Positions 53,167 through 62,226 are shown, counted from the first letter of the stretch. The stretch: 64,000 nucleotides of DNA from an uncultured Chloroflexia bacterium (GCA_963712745.1 CAVQJC010000008.1:35968-99967), one strand, 5' to 3'. Numbers and translations: made by a program. The notes: a model not told the origin generated them from the sequence alone.

Positions 53167-54642
53167 TCACTGGTCTGCTGGGTCCGGCCCGGCGCCGTCC
53201 AGACGACGCAAGGCAGCGGTCACCGGCGGTCGCGGCGTCCCGAGCGGGATGCCGGACAGGTCAGACGGGCGCCCTTCGGGACGCGCGTCGCCGTGGCACC
53301 GCTTCACCTTGCGTCCACTGCCACAAGGGCAGCGATCGTTCCGATTCGCTGCGGCCACGGCCGTCGCCAACTCGACGTCGCGCTGTGCCACGAGGGGCAT
53401 CACCTCCTCTGCCTTGCGGCCGGTCTTGAGCAGCTGGACGATCACCCGGGCGGGCCGGTCGATGTGGCGGAAGAAGGCCATGTACCCGGCGCAAAGGTAG
53501 TTGAGCCCCGGCTCGCCGTCGGGCGTCAACAGGAAGCGGTTCTTGGGACACTCGCCGTGGCAGGCGAAACGAACGTCGCACTCGCGGCACATGCGGGGCA
53601 GGGCGTCGCGCTTGGCTGCTCCGAACGAGCGCTGCTGATCGGAACCGACCAGGTCAAGCATCGGCAGCTCCCGGATGTTCCCGACCCGGTGCTCCGGCTC
53701 CACGAAGTGATCGCACGAGTACAGGTCGCCGGTGTGCTCAAGGGCCAGGCCCGCGCCACACGTCTCGTCGAACACGCAGAGGCCTGACCCAGCTGTCCCG
53801 TAGAAGTTGCGCACCGCGGCCTCGAACGTCTGGACGAAGACGCGCCCGACGTCACGGCGGACCCACTCGTCCCAGATCGCGGTCAGGAACCTGCCGAACT
53901 GTTCGGGCTCGACCGACCGAGGCGAGACGGTCGTGCCGTGCATCGGGTCCGGCCGGCCGGACAGGTCGAGCCGCTCCACGACGGGGATGAACTGCATCCA
54001 GTCCGTCCCGACTTCGTCACGCAGGAACCGGTACACCTCGAGTGGGTAGTCACCGTTGAGGCGATTGACGGTCGTCAGGACGTTGTACTCGACCTCGTGC
54101 GCCTGGAGCAGTCGCAACCCTCGCATGACCTGGTCGAAGGTCGGCTTACCGCCTTTGTCCACCCGGTTGCCGTCGTGGAGCTCGCGCGGCCCGTCGAGCG
54201 AGATCCCGATGAGGAAACCCTGCTCGGCGAGGAAGTTGGCCCACTCCTCGTCGAGGCGAGTGCCATTCGTCTGGAGCGTGTTCTCGATCGTCATCCCCGG
54301 GCGCTTGTGGAGCTCCTGGAGCTCGACCGCCCGCCGGAAGAAGTCGAGGCCCATGAGGGTCGGCTCGCCTCCCTGCCACGCGAACGTCACCGTGTCCGAC
54401 CGGTGGGCGGCGATGAGCTGCTTCACGTACCGCTCGAGCACCTCATCCGACATGCGGAAGGAGGAGCCCGGGAAGAGCGCCTCCTTGTCGAGGAAGAAAC
54501 AGTACGAACAGCCGAGGTTGCAGACCGCCCCCGTCGGCTTGGCCATGACGTGGAAACGCGGCGGGATGCCCGCCTCCTGCGAGACGGGCGCCCACTGCGC
54601 CCGCTCGATGGCGATCAGGTCTTCATTCTCTATGGCAGGCAT
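53167..54642 (-). CDS. Anaerobic sulfatase-maturating radical SAM enzyme (anSME) with SPASM and SEC-C domains
   Basis: CNLGCSYC, WQGGEPTL, YSCDHFV, CRECDVRFACHGECPKNR, RNDRCPCGSGRKVKRC. Confidence 0.95.
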   Translation of the reverse strand: MPAIENEDLIAIERAQWAPVSQEAGIPPRFHVMAKPTGAVCNLGCSYCFFLDKEALFPGSSFRMSDEVLERYVKQLIAAHRSDTVTFAWQGGEPTLMGLDFFRRAVELQELHKRPGMTIENTLQTNGTRLDEEWANFLAEQGFLIGISLDGPRELHDGNRVDKGGKPTFDQVMRGLRLLQAHEVEYNVLTTVNRLNGDYPLEVYRFLRDEVGTDWMQFIPVVERLDLSGRPDPMHGTTVSPRSVEPEQFGRFLTAIWDEWVRRDVGRVFVQTFEAAVRNFYGTAGSGLCVFDETCGAGLALEHTGDLYSCDHFVEPEHRVGNIRELPMLDLVGSDQQRSFGAAKRDALPRMCRECDVRFACHGECPKNRFLLTPDGEPGLNYLCAGYMAFFRHIDRPARVIVQLLKTGRKAEEVMPLVAQRDVELATAVAAANRNDRCPCGSGRKVKRCHGDARPEGRPSDLSGIPLGTPRPPVTAALRRLDGAGPDPADQ

Positions 54643-54651
54643 TCCGGCCGG

Positions 54652-56157
54652 TCAGTGCCCAGACGTGAGCGCTGCCTCGAGCCTCTCCTGCGCCTGGTCG
54701 ATCGTGAAGCTGGCCGCCTTCATCCGCGGTGGGTAGTCGACGAAGGTGTCCAGGAACTCAGCGACGAGGCCCTGCGCGGGTACCAGCAGGAAGGCCCGGT
54801 CGAGGTACCAGTCCCAGTACGTATTGGACGTGGTGTCCGCTCGTTCGTATGGATCGGTCCGAAGGTTGTAGAGGTAGGGGAGCCGGGTGGCGACGAACGG
54901 CTCGGCCCAGATCGCAAGCGTACCCGGCATACGCTGCTGCATGAAGACGAGCTTCCAGTTGTCGTATCGGAATGCGACGAGGTCGCCGTCGTCGGAGAAG
55001 TAGAAGAAGTGATTCCGCGGGCTCTCGTCCGTCTCTGCCTTGAGGTACGGCAGCAGGTTGTAGCCGTCGAGGTGCACCTTGAACGTCGTCTCGCCGACTG
55101 CATGCCCCTTGAGCAACTCCTCCTTGATGTCCGGCTCGCCGGCGGCGGCGAGGAACGTCGGCAGCCAGTCGAGATGGCTCACGATCGCGTTCGAGACCAC
55201 CCCCGCGGGGATGCTCCCAGGCCAACGGATGATGGACGGGACGCGGTAGGCGCCCTCCCAGTTCGTGTTCTTCTCGGAACGGAACGGGGTCATGCCCGCG
55301 TCGGGCCACGAGTTCATGTGCACGCCGTTGTCGGTGGAGTAGACGACGATCGTGTCGTCGGCGATGCCGAGCTTGTCGATCGCGTCGAGTACCTTGCCCA
55401 CGTGCTGGTCGTGGTCGATCATCGTGTCGTGGTACGCAGACTGCCACTTGCCGGCCTGACCGACACTCTCCGGCTTCGGGTGGGTCCGGAAGTGCATGTG
55501 GGTCGTGTTCACCCAGGTGAAGAACGGGACGCCCTCGGCGTGCTTGCGGTCGATGAAGTCAAGGGCTGCGTCGACGATCTCGTCGTCGACCGTCTCCATC
55601 CGCTTCTTCGTGAGCGGCCCGGTGTCCTCGATCTCTTGGGTCCCGTCCGGGTTCGCGCGGCAACGGAGCACACCACGCGGCCCGAACCGCTCCTGGAACT
55701 TCGGGTAGTTCTCGGGATCCGGGTAGTCCGGATGCTCGGGCTCCTCCTCGGCGTTCAGGTGGTAGAGGTTACCGAAGAACTCGTCGAAGCCGTGGCTCGT
55801 GGGCAGATGCTCGTCGCGGTCGCCGAGGTGGTTCTTGCCAAACTGTCCGGTCGCGTAGCCGAGCGGCTTGAGGAGCTCGGCGATCGTCGGGTCCTCGGCC
55901 TGCATCCCCTGGTCCGCTCCCGGCAGCCCGACCTTGCTCAGACCGGTGCGATAGACGCTCTGGCCGGTGATGAACGCCGATCGCCCGGCCGTACAACTCT
56001 GTTCGCCGTAGGAATTGGTGAACCGCATCCCTTCACTGGCGAGCCGGTCGATGTTCGGGGTCCGATACCCCATGACACCGTCGCCGTAGCAGCTCAGGTT
56101 GGTGATCCCGATGTCGTCACCCCAGAAGACGACGATGTTGGGCTTGCCGTCCGGCAT
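54652..56157 (-). CDS. Arylsulfatase (Cys-type formylglycine)
   Basis: PNIVVFWGDDIG, SCTAGRSAFITG, GKNHLG, STDNG, WEGAYRVP. Confidence 0.95.
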   Translation of the reverse strand: MPDGKPNIVVFWGDDIGITNLSCYGDGVMGYRTPNIDRLASEGMRFTNSYGEQSCTAGRSAFITGQSVYRTGLSKVGLPGADQGMQAEDPTIAELLKPLGYATGQFGKNHLGDRDEHLPTSHGFDEFFGNLYHLNAEEEPEHPDYPDPENYPKFQERFGPRGVLRCRANPDGTQEIEDTGPLTKKRMETVDDEIVDAALDFIDRKHAEGVPFFTWVNTTHMHFRTHPKPESVGQAGKWQSAYHDTMIDHDQHVGKVLDAIDKLGIADDTIVVYSTDNGVHMNSWPDAGMTPFRSEKNTNWEGAYRVPSIIRWPGSIPAGVVSNAIVSHLDWLPTFLAAAGEPDIKEELLKGHAVGETTFKVHLDGYNLLPYLKAETDESPRNHFFYFSDDGDLVAFRYDNWKLVFMQQRMPGTLAIWAEPFVATRLPYLYNLRTDPYERADTTSNTYWDWYLDRAFLLVPAQGLVAEFLDTFVDYPPRMKAASFTIDQAQERLEAALTSGH

Positions 56158-56411
56158 GGGGAGTCCTCCTCGCAACGATGGCACACGGCGCAAACGCGCT
56201 GGCCGAAAGATGGTACGCCGGTGGTCGGCTGGGAATATACCGCGGCAGGAAGTCGCCAGCCGCGGAACGTGCATCACGGTAGCCGCTGCAGCGGGAGGCG
56301 AACGTCGGCCACCGGCGACTCACACGTCGCGTGCCTCCCCCTCCGCCAGAAGCACCCGCGCAACCGCCGGAGTCCGCTCGCAATGGCGCTACGCCGCTTG
56401 AGCCACTGACC

Positions 56412-56453
56412 TCCCTACATTCGGAGTTGAGCCGAGGATCTGCGGTTTACGAA
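56412..56453 (-). other. Degenerate tRNA-Thr(CGT) 3' half (possible att scar)
   Basis: Minus strand TTCGTAA-ACCGC-AGATC-CTCGG-CTCAACT-CCGAA-TGTAGGG has anticodon loop, variable loop and T-arm spacing; no 5' half. Confidence 0.5.
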
Positions 56454-56567
56454 TCCCGCGGACTGGGTGCGATCGAGATCGATCGCAAGGCAACGGGAAG
56501 CGAAAGAGGCGGGACATGTTAGCCCGCCTCTTCGTGCGTTCCGGGGGGCCGACGGCCCCGCTGGACC

Positions 56568-56927
56568 TCAGATGCCCAGGAGCTGCTTCTTCTTGGCGTC
56601 GAACTCCTCCTGAGTGAGGATGCCCTGGTCGACGAGCCCCTTGAGTTGGGTCAACTGCGCAGTCACGTCGTCCTGAGCGGGCGCAGTCGGTGCCGCAGGG
56701 GTAGCTGGAGCCGGCTGGGCAGCCATCGCATCGAGTTGCGCCTGCTGCTGGGCCAACTGCTGCTCCATCGCCTGCTGGTCGGCGTAGGACTGTTGCTGCT
56801 GCGCTTGTGCGGTCGCCTTCTTCTGCTGGCGCCCGGCCACGGCCCCTGCTGTTCCCACGACAACTGCCGTCGTGGCGGCGGCCCCGATCAGGCTGGGGCC
56901 TCGACGCATGGGTCCACGTCGCCTCAT
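56568..56927 (-). CDS. SHOCT domain protein
   Basis: C-terminal QLTQLKGLVDQGILTQEEFDAKKKQLLG; Gln-rich linker. Confidence 0.85.
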   Translation of the reverse strand: MRRRGPMRRGPSLIGAAATTAVVVGTAGAVAGRQQKKATAQAQQQQSYADQQAMEQQLAQQQAQLDAMAAQPAPATPAAPTAPAQDDVTAQLTQLKGLVDQGILTQEEFDAKKKQLLGI

Positions 56928-56989
56928 GGTTGGATCCTCCTGTTTGTGGTGCTAGGTCTTGTCCGTTGGCTTGCCTCGCGGGCGAACGG

Positions 56990-57421
56990 CTAGGCCTCCT
57001 CGCTGGCGAGGTACTCGAGCGCGGCCTCGACCGCGGCAGCGGGAATCTTCTCGTTGGCCACCAGGATGCCACCTGAGTCCCGAACCGCTTCGGCGAATCT
57101 CGCCGACCAGACGTTCTCCCAGACGATCAGGCCCGCTGAACTGTTGGGATCGAGGCCTTCAGCCACATACTGGATGTCCTCCTCGTTGAGTAGGCCCTGT
57201 ACCTCGTGGTCCAGGTCCTCGAAGGCCCCGGCGATGTCCCGTGGAAGCTCGGTCAGCTCGACCGCGGTCGTGGAGCCGTCCTCTCCCTTCATCACGAAAG
57301 CCAGGTCGATGATGTTCACGACGCCATTGTCGACAAGTTCCTTGAGCGCAGGCACGACCTCACCATTGAACTGGTTGCCTGGGAACGCGATGACCGCGTA
57401 TTCGACGGATCCGACTCTCAT
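56990..57421 (-). CDS. DUF6325/DUF1269-like protein
   Basis: GSVEYAVIAFPGNQFNGEVVPAL..LV..G.V.IIDL..V.K, LIVWENVWS; AGGAGG RBS. Confidence 0.8.
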   Translation of the reverse strand: MRVGSVEYAVIAFPGNQFNGEVVPALKELVDNGVVNIIDLAFVMKGEDGSTTAVELTELPRDIAGAFEDLDHEVQGLLNEEDIQYVAEGLDPNSSAGLIVWENVWSARFAEAVRDSGGILVANEKIPAAAVEAALEYLASEEA

Positions 57422-57669
57422 GGTTCCTCCTGCGTGACGTGCCGACCGGATTAGGACGAGTCGGACGGCCGCCCAGGTGCATCGTCTGCCGTGTCCTGGG
57501 CCGCGCTGGGCGATGATAGCGCTCAACGGGTTCCATAGCTTGGCGATGGGTGGCTTGAATGGTGGCCGGACGGACGCAGACCTACTATGCCTGGTTCTCG
57601 CCACCGGCAGCGCCTCAAACCACGGTCTGGTATCACGGCATCTACGCGATCAACGGCTGTTGCGGGTGG

Positions 57670-57801
57670 CGGGTCGCGGGACCCGGCCGCCACGAGGGTC
57701 TCGGCGATGGACGCGTGCCCGAAGTAGACCGCGCCGTCCACAGCCATGCCATCCGTCGTCAGCGTGTTGGGGTCGGTGCCGCAGTCGAGCAGCAGGCTGA
57801 C
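57670..57801 (-). pseudogene. Ankyrin-repeat gene fragment
   Basis: VSLLLDCGTDPNTLTTDGMAVDGAVYFGHASIAETLVAAG, preceded in frame by a stop. Confidence 0.5.
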
Positions 57802-58069
57802 CTATGGGTACCCTATACCTCGGGAGTGGTGTGCGGTCCTCTTGGAGCTCTGGCTCTGCCATTCCTCAGGCTGCGTCGGACCTGAGTTCTCCCGACCGAG
57901 GGACTGTTGCGGCCGATCCTCGAAGTAGCGGCGGTCGCTGGCATGGACCCGCCCGACGCTCGGACCCCCACGAACAGGAATCCGACGGCACGGATGTGCA
58001 GAGCCGACCCGTCGGCAAGTTGCCCGGGGATGACCGGCCCTCGAAGCCTCTGGTATCGTTTCCTGTCTC

Positions 58070-58202
58070 GGGCGGCTAGCTCAGCTGGTTAGAGCACTTG
58101 CTTGACATGCGTCTGACCGGATGCGGCGTAGGTCGCGCTCACGGGAACGCCCTCATCGATGCGGTGAGGGCCTTGTTATGGGCTGAACGTTATCGGCTGA
58201 AC
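58070..58202 (+). repeat. att-like junction copy 4 (tRNA-Val 5' half plus arm)
   Basis: Same 133-bp length; tRNA half identical to copies 1 and 3, arm more diverged. Confidence 0.92.
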
Positions 58203-58625
58203 CACGCTTGGACATACCTGATCACGTCCCCGCCGCCCTCAAGACCGGCCGGGGTCAACGACACTGACCCGGTGGAGGCGTTCATCGATCATGCCGGCGG
58301 ACCGGGAAGAGGCCTCGGTCCACTAGCCAGGGGATGAGGACAGCGCCGGAGACCAGGCCGAAGAGGTAGCAGGCGGCGCCGAAGAGGACGAGCTCGAGCG
58401 GGCTCACATGAGCGGCCGCGTCGGCCGGGCGGTGCTCGCCGACCTGGCCCAATGCGAGTGGAGGAGGGGATCTGCTCCACGATCCCGGTCTGCGGGTCGG
58501 TCAGACGGGCGTCAGGGAATGGACCGTACGGATCATCCCATGACCTCCTCGTCAAGACTTCCATCCTTCAGCGCACCCAGCGGTCCACGGATCGGCTGGT
58601 CGTCCTGCCGCTCCCTGCTCCACAT

Positions 58626-60166
58626 AGGAAGAGATACGGGTTCTGCCCCTCAGCCCGCGTGCGAGCTGGATGGGGACGGCGGGATCGCCCCGGATCCGTG
58701 GCGGGTTCTGCCCGATGTTCAGGGGGGCTCGCCCGCCGACCCGGTCCGGCCGGGCACGGCCGTGTCAGGCAGCGATGGGCAGTGGTCGCACCTCCCCCCG
58801 CGCGATGGCGGGCTCGTAGCCCGGCCGCTCACCGCCATCGACCAGAGCGTGCGCAGGAGCTTGTTGGCGAGGGCCACGTAGGCCTGCTTGGGGGTGAGGC
58901 GGTGGGACCGGTCGCGGTGGGTCAGCTCGAGGAAGCGGGCCCCGAACTCGCGCTCGTGCCGCACGAGGCTCACGGCCGCCTGGTAGGCCACGTAGCGCAG
59001 CACCGGCCGGCCTCGCCGGTGGATGCCTCCCGCGGCCTCGCGCTCGCCGGAGCTGCGCTCGGTGGGGTTGGTGCCCGCGAGCTTGACCAGGCAACGGGCA
59101 TCGTCGAAGCGGGCCGGGTCGCCGGTGAGCCCGAGGAGGGCCGCGAGGGTGGCGTCCCCGAGGCCCTTGAGCTGGCCCCGCAGCCAGCCGTAGCCGGTCT
59201 GCTCGAGCAGCTCGACCAGGCGCGCGTCGAGCTCGGCGATGGCGCCGTCGGCGAGGGCCACCCGCTCCGCCGCCAGACGCCAGCGCAGGGCGGCGGCGGG
59301 GGTCTCGGGCAGCTCGGGCACGTCCCGGGCCGCGGCCCGCAGGCGGCCGGCCATCCAGCGCAGGAAGCGGCGCGGATGATGTCGACGCAGGATGGCCTCG
59401 AAGCGACGGGCCGGCAGGGCCGCGATGACCTGCGGTGTCAGGCCCGTGTGCAGCATCGCCTGGAGGTGCGTGCCGGCCAGGTCCGGGCAGGCCGCCAGCA
59501 GCCCGGGCCAGGCGAGCTCGAGCAGCGCGCTAAATCTCCTGCAGCGCCGCGGCTCGCTCGATGCGCCGGGCATCGCGGGCCGCGACCAGCATCTCGAGCT
59601 CGGCCCAGGGCCTCTCGGCCAGCCTCGTCTCGGTGAAGCGCAGCTCGGCGGCGAGGTCCGCGATGAGCCCGGCGTCGCGGGCATCGGTCTTGTCACGGGT
59701 GAGATCGTCGAGCTCACGGGCGTGGGCCACCACGAAGCCCTGCACCAGGACGTACTCGACGCCGGCGGCCTCGGCGGCCCGGGCCAGCGGTTTCCAGAAG
59801 TGGCTCGTCGGCTCCATGGCCATGACGAGCGGGCCCGTGCCCTGCGCGGCGGCCAGTTCGTGCCCGCGGGCGATGAGCCGTGCCCGGCCCGCCGGGTCGC
59901 TGCTGACGACGAGCTTGCCCACGCGGGCCCGGTCCGACGCTCGGACGTACACCACGACGGCCTCCTTCTTGGCCAGGTCCACCCCGGCGATGAGCGCGTC
60001 CGCAGGCAGGCGCTCCCGGCGCCGGGCCTGCTTCTCCGATCGACGTCGCATGCCTCGCGTAACCTGCATGGTGGGCTGCCCTCCGGTGCTTGGTGTAGAC
60101 ACCTCCAAGCTACCCGGTCCGGCAGCCCCTCCCATGCCCTGAGGAGCTGATCCTATGTTCAGGAAG
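58626..60166 (-). mobile_element. IS110-family element; transposase about 60069 to 58765 with two frameshifts
   Basis: AGVDLAKK, MEPTSHFW, KTDARDA (DEDD RuvC); GTNPTERSSG, HRRGRPVLR, ALANKLLR (Tnp20); AGGAAG direct repeat at both putative ends. Confidence 0.88.
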
Positions 60167-60186
60167 GCGTACGGATGTCGGATGTG

Positions 60187-60216
60187 GCATGTGCGCTACC
60201 GCTGCGCTACACCCCG
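60187..60216 (-). other. tRNA-Pro 5' fragment (through the 5' anticodon stem)
   Basis: CGGGGTG-TA-GCGC-AGCGGTA-GCGC-A-CATGC, then non-tRNA sequence. Confidence 0.75.
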
Positions 60217-60262
60217 ATGAGTGCGTGCGTGACTGGGGTACACAGCACGCCTCGATGGCGCA

Positions 60263-60290
60263 GGGAACCGATAGCGCGGGGGCGACGTCT
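60263..60290 (+). promoter_or_regulatory. Probable ECF-sigma promoter; 26 bp repeated exactly at 63975-64000
   Basis: GGAAC-N17-CGTC spacing upstream of the YbaY-like gene. Confidence 0.5.
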
Positions 60291-60346
60291 TGTCAGTGGC
60301 GGCGCTCATCCAGACCGTCGCGATAGCACCTGTCGCGGAGACCCCC

Positions 60347-60787
60347 ATGCACAAGCTCAGGCTCATCATCGCCATCGCTGCCCTCGCACTCCCCCTGAGT
60401 GCACTCCCCGTGGGTGCCCAGGACGAGCCGGCCTCGTCGCTCGTCGCGGGCAGCATCGTCCTGCCCGAGGGTTCGATCCTGCCCGACGATGCATCCGTCA
60501 TCGTCTCGGTGGACGACACGATCCTTGCCGACGCTCCGGCAGTGATGCTCTCTCGCCTCGTGATGGAGGCGCCGGGAGCGGGATCGCCGATCCCCTTCGC
60601 GCTGACGGTGCTTCCGGGCACCTACGAGGCGGACCCTGTCCTCGGACCGCTGGAGATCACCATCCTCGTCCGGATCGAAGCATCGGACGGCACCCTGCTG
60701 TTCATCAACGATACGAACTTCATGGCCATCGATGCCGAGGGGCCGAAGCAGGACATGGTGGTCCCCGTGGTGGCCGTGGAGGGCTGA
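60347..60787 (+). CDS. Secreted YbaY/YscW-like protein
   Basis: Signal peptide; LPDDASVIVSVDDTILADAPA, PIPFAL, GTLLFIND. Confidence 0.75.
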   Translation: MHKLRLIIAIAALALPLSALPVGAQDEPASSLVAGSIVLPEGSILPDDASVIVSVDDTILADAPAVMLSRLVMEAPGAGSPIPFALTVLPGTYEADPVLGPLEITILVRIEASDGTLLFINDTNFMAIDAEGPKQDMVVPVVAVEG

Positions 60788-60859
60788 TGCGCAGCCCCTG
60801 CGCCGGTCCCTACACAGCGCGCGACACCGATCGGGCCTAGGGCGCTCGTCGCTGACGGG

Positions 60860-62032
60860 CTAGAAACCGAATAGCCCGCCCAGGTCCGGAAGGACGGTGA
60901 AGGCCACGGCTTCGGCGGCTGTGAGGTTGCCCGTGTCGTTGACGATGGCGGTGAAGGCAGCTCCGGTGTCCTGGTTGTAGAGCACGATCGACTCCCAGCC
61001 GATGAGCTGCCCCGAGTGGCCGATCCAGCCGTTCCCGTAGTCGAACAGGCCCAGCCCGTAGGAACCTTCGGGGATCGGCTGGAAGTCCAGGCGCTCGGCC
61101 GCGATGTCGGCCGGCAGCAGACCGGTGCCGAGACCCGTCTCGGCCCACCTCCCGAGGTCGGCCACCGTCGAGTACATACCGCCGCCGGCCTGGCCCCAGC
61201 TGGGGGTCCAGTCGGTGACGTCGGTGTCGGCTGCCACCTCCAGCCCGAGCCCCGCGAGCTCCGCGGCGCCCGCGGCACCGATGTATCCGTGCGACGCCGG
61301 GTCGGGCATGGCGGTCTGGTCCGGGGCCTGGAGTGCGCTGTCGGACAGGCCGGCCTGGCGGGCGACCTCGGTGACCACTTCCTCGACCGGCTTCCCGGTC
61401 AGCTCCTCGAGCATCTCACCGAGGATGATGATGTTGGTGGTGGAGTAGCCGCCGACCTCGGGGTCCATGAGCGGCAGGCTCATGCCCGCCGCGATGAGCT
61501 CGTCAGGCGTGAACACGTGCTGCGGGTCCTCGACCACCTGCGCGATGGTCACGCCGGTATTGGCGTAGTCCTGGATGGGGCTCTTCATGCCGGCCAGCTG
61601 CTCGACCGTGACGTCCGCGATGTCCGGGTACTCCGCGGCGAGCTCCGGCAGGACGTCGCCGATGGTGGCGTCGAGCGAGAGGTTGCCCTCCGCCACCTGC
61701 TGCAGGATCGCCGTCACGGTGAAGGTCTTGGTCACGCTGCCGATGCGACCGTGCTGGTCGATGGTCGCCGGCTCACTGTCCTTGACGGCGTCGCCGTACG
61801 CCTGGAGGTGGTAGCCCTTGTCGGGATCCCACACGCCGATCCACAGCCCCGCCAGATCGGGGAGCTCGGCGATCGCGTCCTGGACCGTCTGGTCGATCGC
61901 CGCAGCGTCGGCGTCGGACATCGGCGTGGTCGTCAACGCAGGGCCGTTCCACAGTTCGGCCTCCTCGGCCGCAGTCGGCACGGACAACGTCAGCACCAGG
62001 GCTGCAGCTGCCACGGGGATCAGACGTCGCAT
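60860..62032 (-). CDS. Secreted serine hydrolase (beta-lactamase/D-Ala-D-Ala carboxypeptidase family)
   Basis: RIGSVTKTF (SxxK), YSTTN, AGGGMYSTVADL, GHSG. Confidence 0.9.
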   Translation of the reverse strand: MRRLIPVAAAALVLTLSVPTAAEEAELWNGPALTTTPMSDADAAAIDQTVQDAIAELPDLAGLWIGVWDPDKGYHLQAYGDAVKDSEPATIDQHGRIGSVTKTFTVTAILQQVAEGNLSLDATIGDVLPELAAEYPDIADVTVEQLAGMKSPIQDYANTGVTIAQVVEDPQHVFTPDELIAAGMSLPLMDPEVGGYSTTNIIILGEMLEELTGKPVEEVVTEVARQAGLSDSALQAPDQTAMPDPASHGYIGAAGAAELAGLGLEVAADTDVTDWTPSWGQAGGGMYSTVADLGRWAETGLGTGLLPADIAAERLDFQPIPEGSYGLGLFDYGNGWIGHSGQLIGWESIVLYNQDTGAAFTAIVNDTGNLTAAEAVAFTVLPDLGGLFGF

Positions 62033-62226
62033 CGAAGGGCTCCTTCGGGGAATGGGGTCGGGACAAGGCGTGTTCGCTAGCGACATCCTAGGGCGGCAAC
62101 GCCATGAGCGCGGATCGGGTCGAGGCTGGGCGTGGCCACGCACGCGAACCGCACGATGATCGACGCCTTCACCGCTCGGGGTATCGCGCTGAGACAACCG
62201 GGGGCTTCGCCGCTCGAGCCTGAAAG

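Noticed and set aside
58098-58337. Small ORF starting inside the junction (MLDMR...)
   Set aside because: It starts within the tRNA half and crosses the hairpin; conservation is better explained by DNA/RNA function, and the frame diverges after the arm in other copies
58600-60187. IS110 inserted into and splitting a tRNA-Pro gene
   Set aside because: Removing the element does not restore TTCGGGA, a T arm, or the sequence that follows the other Pro half; only a chance GGGAGC is present
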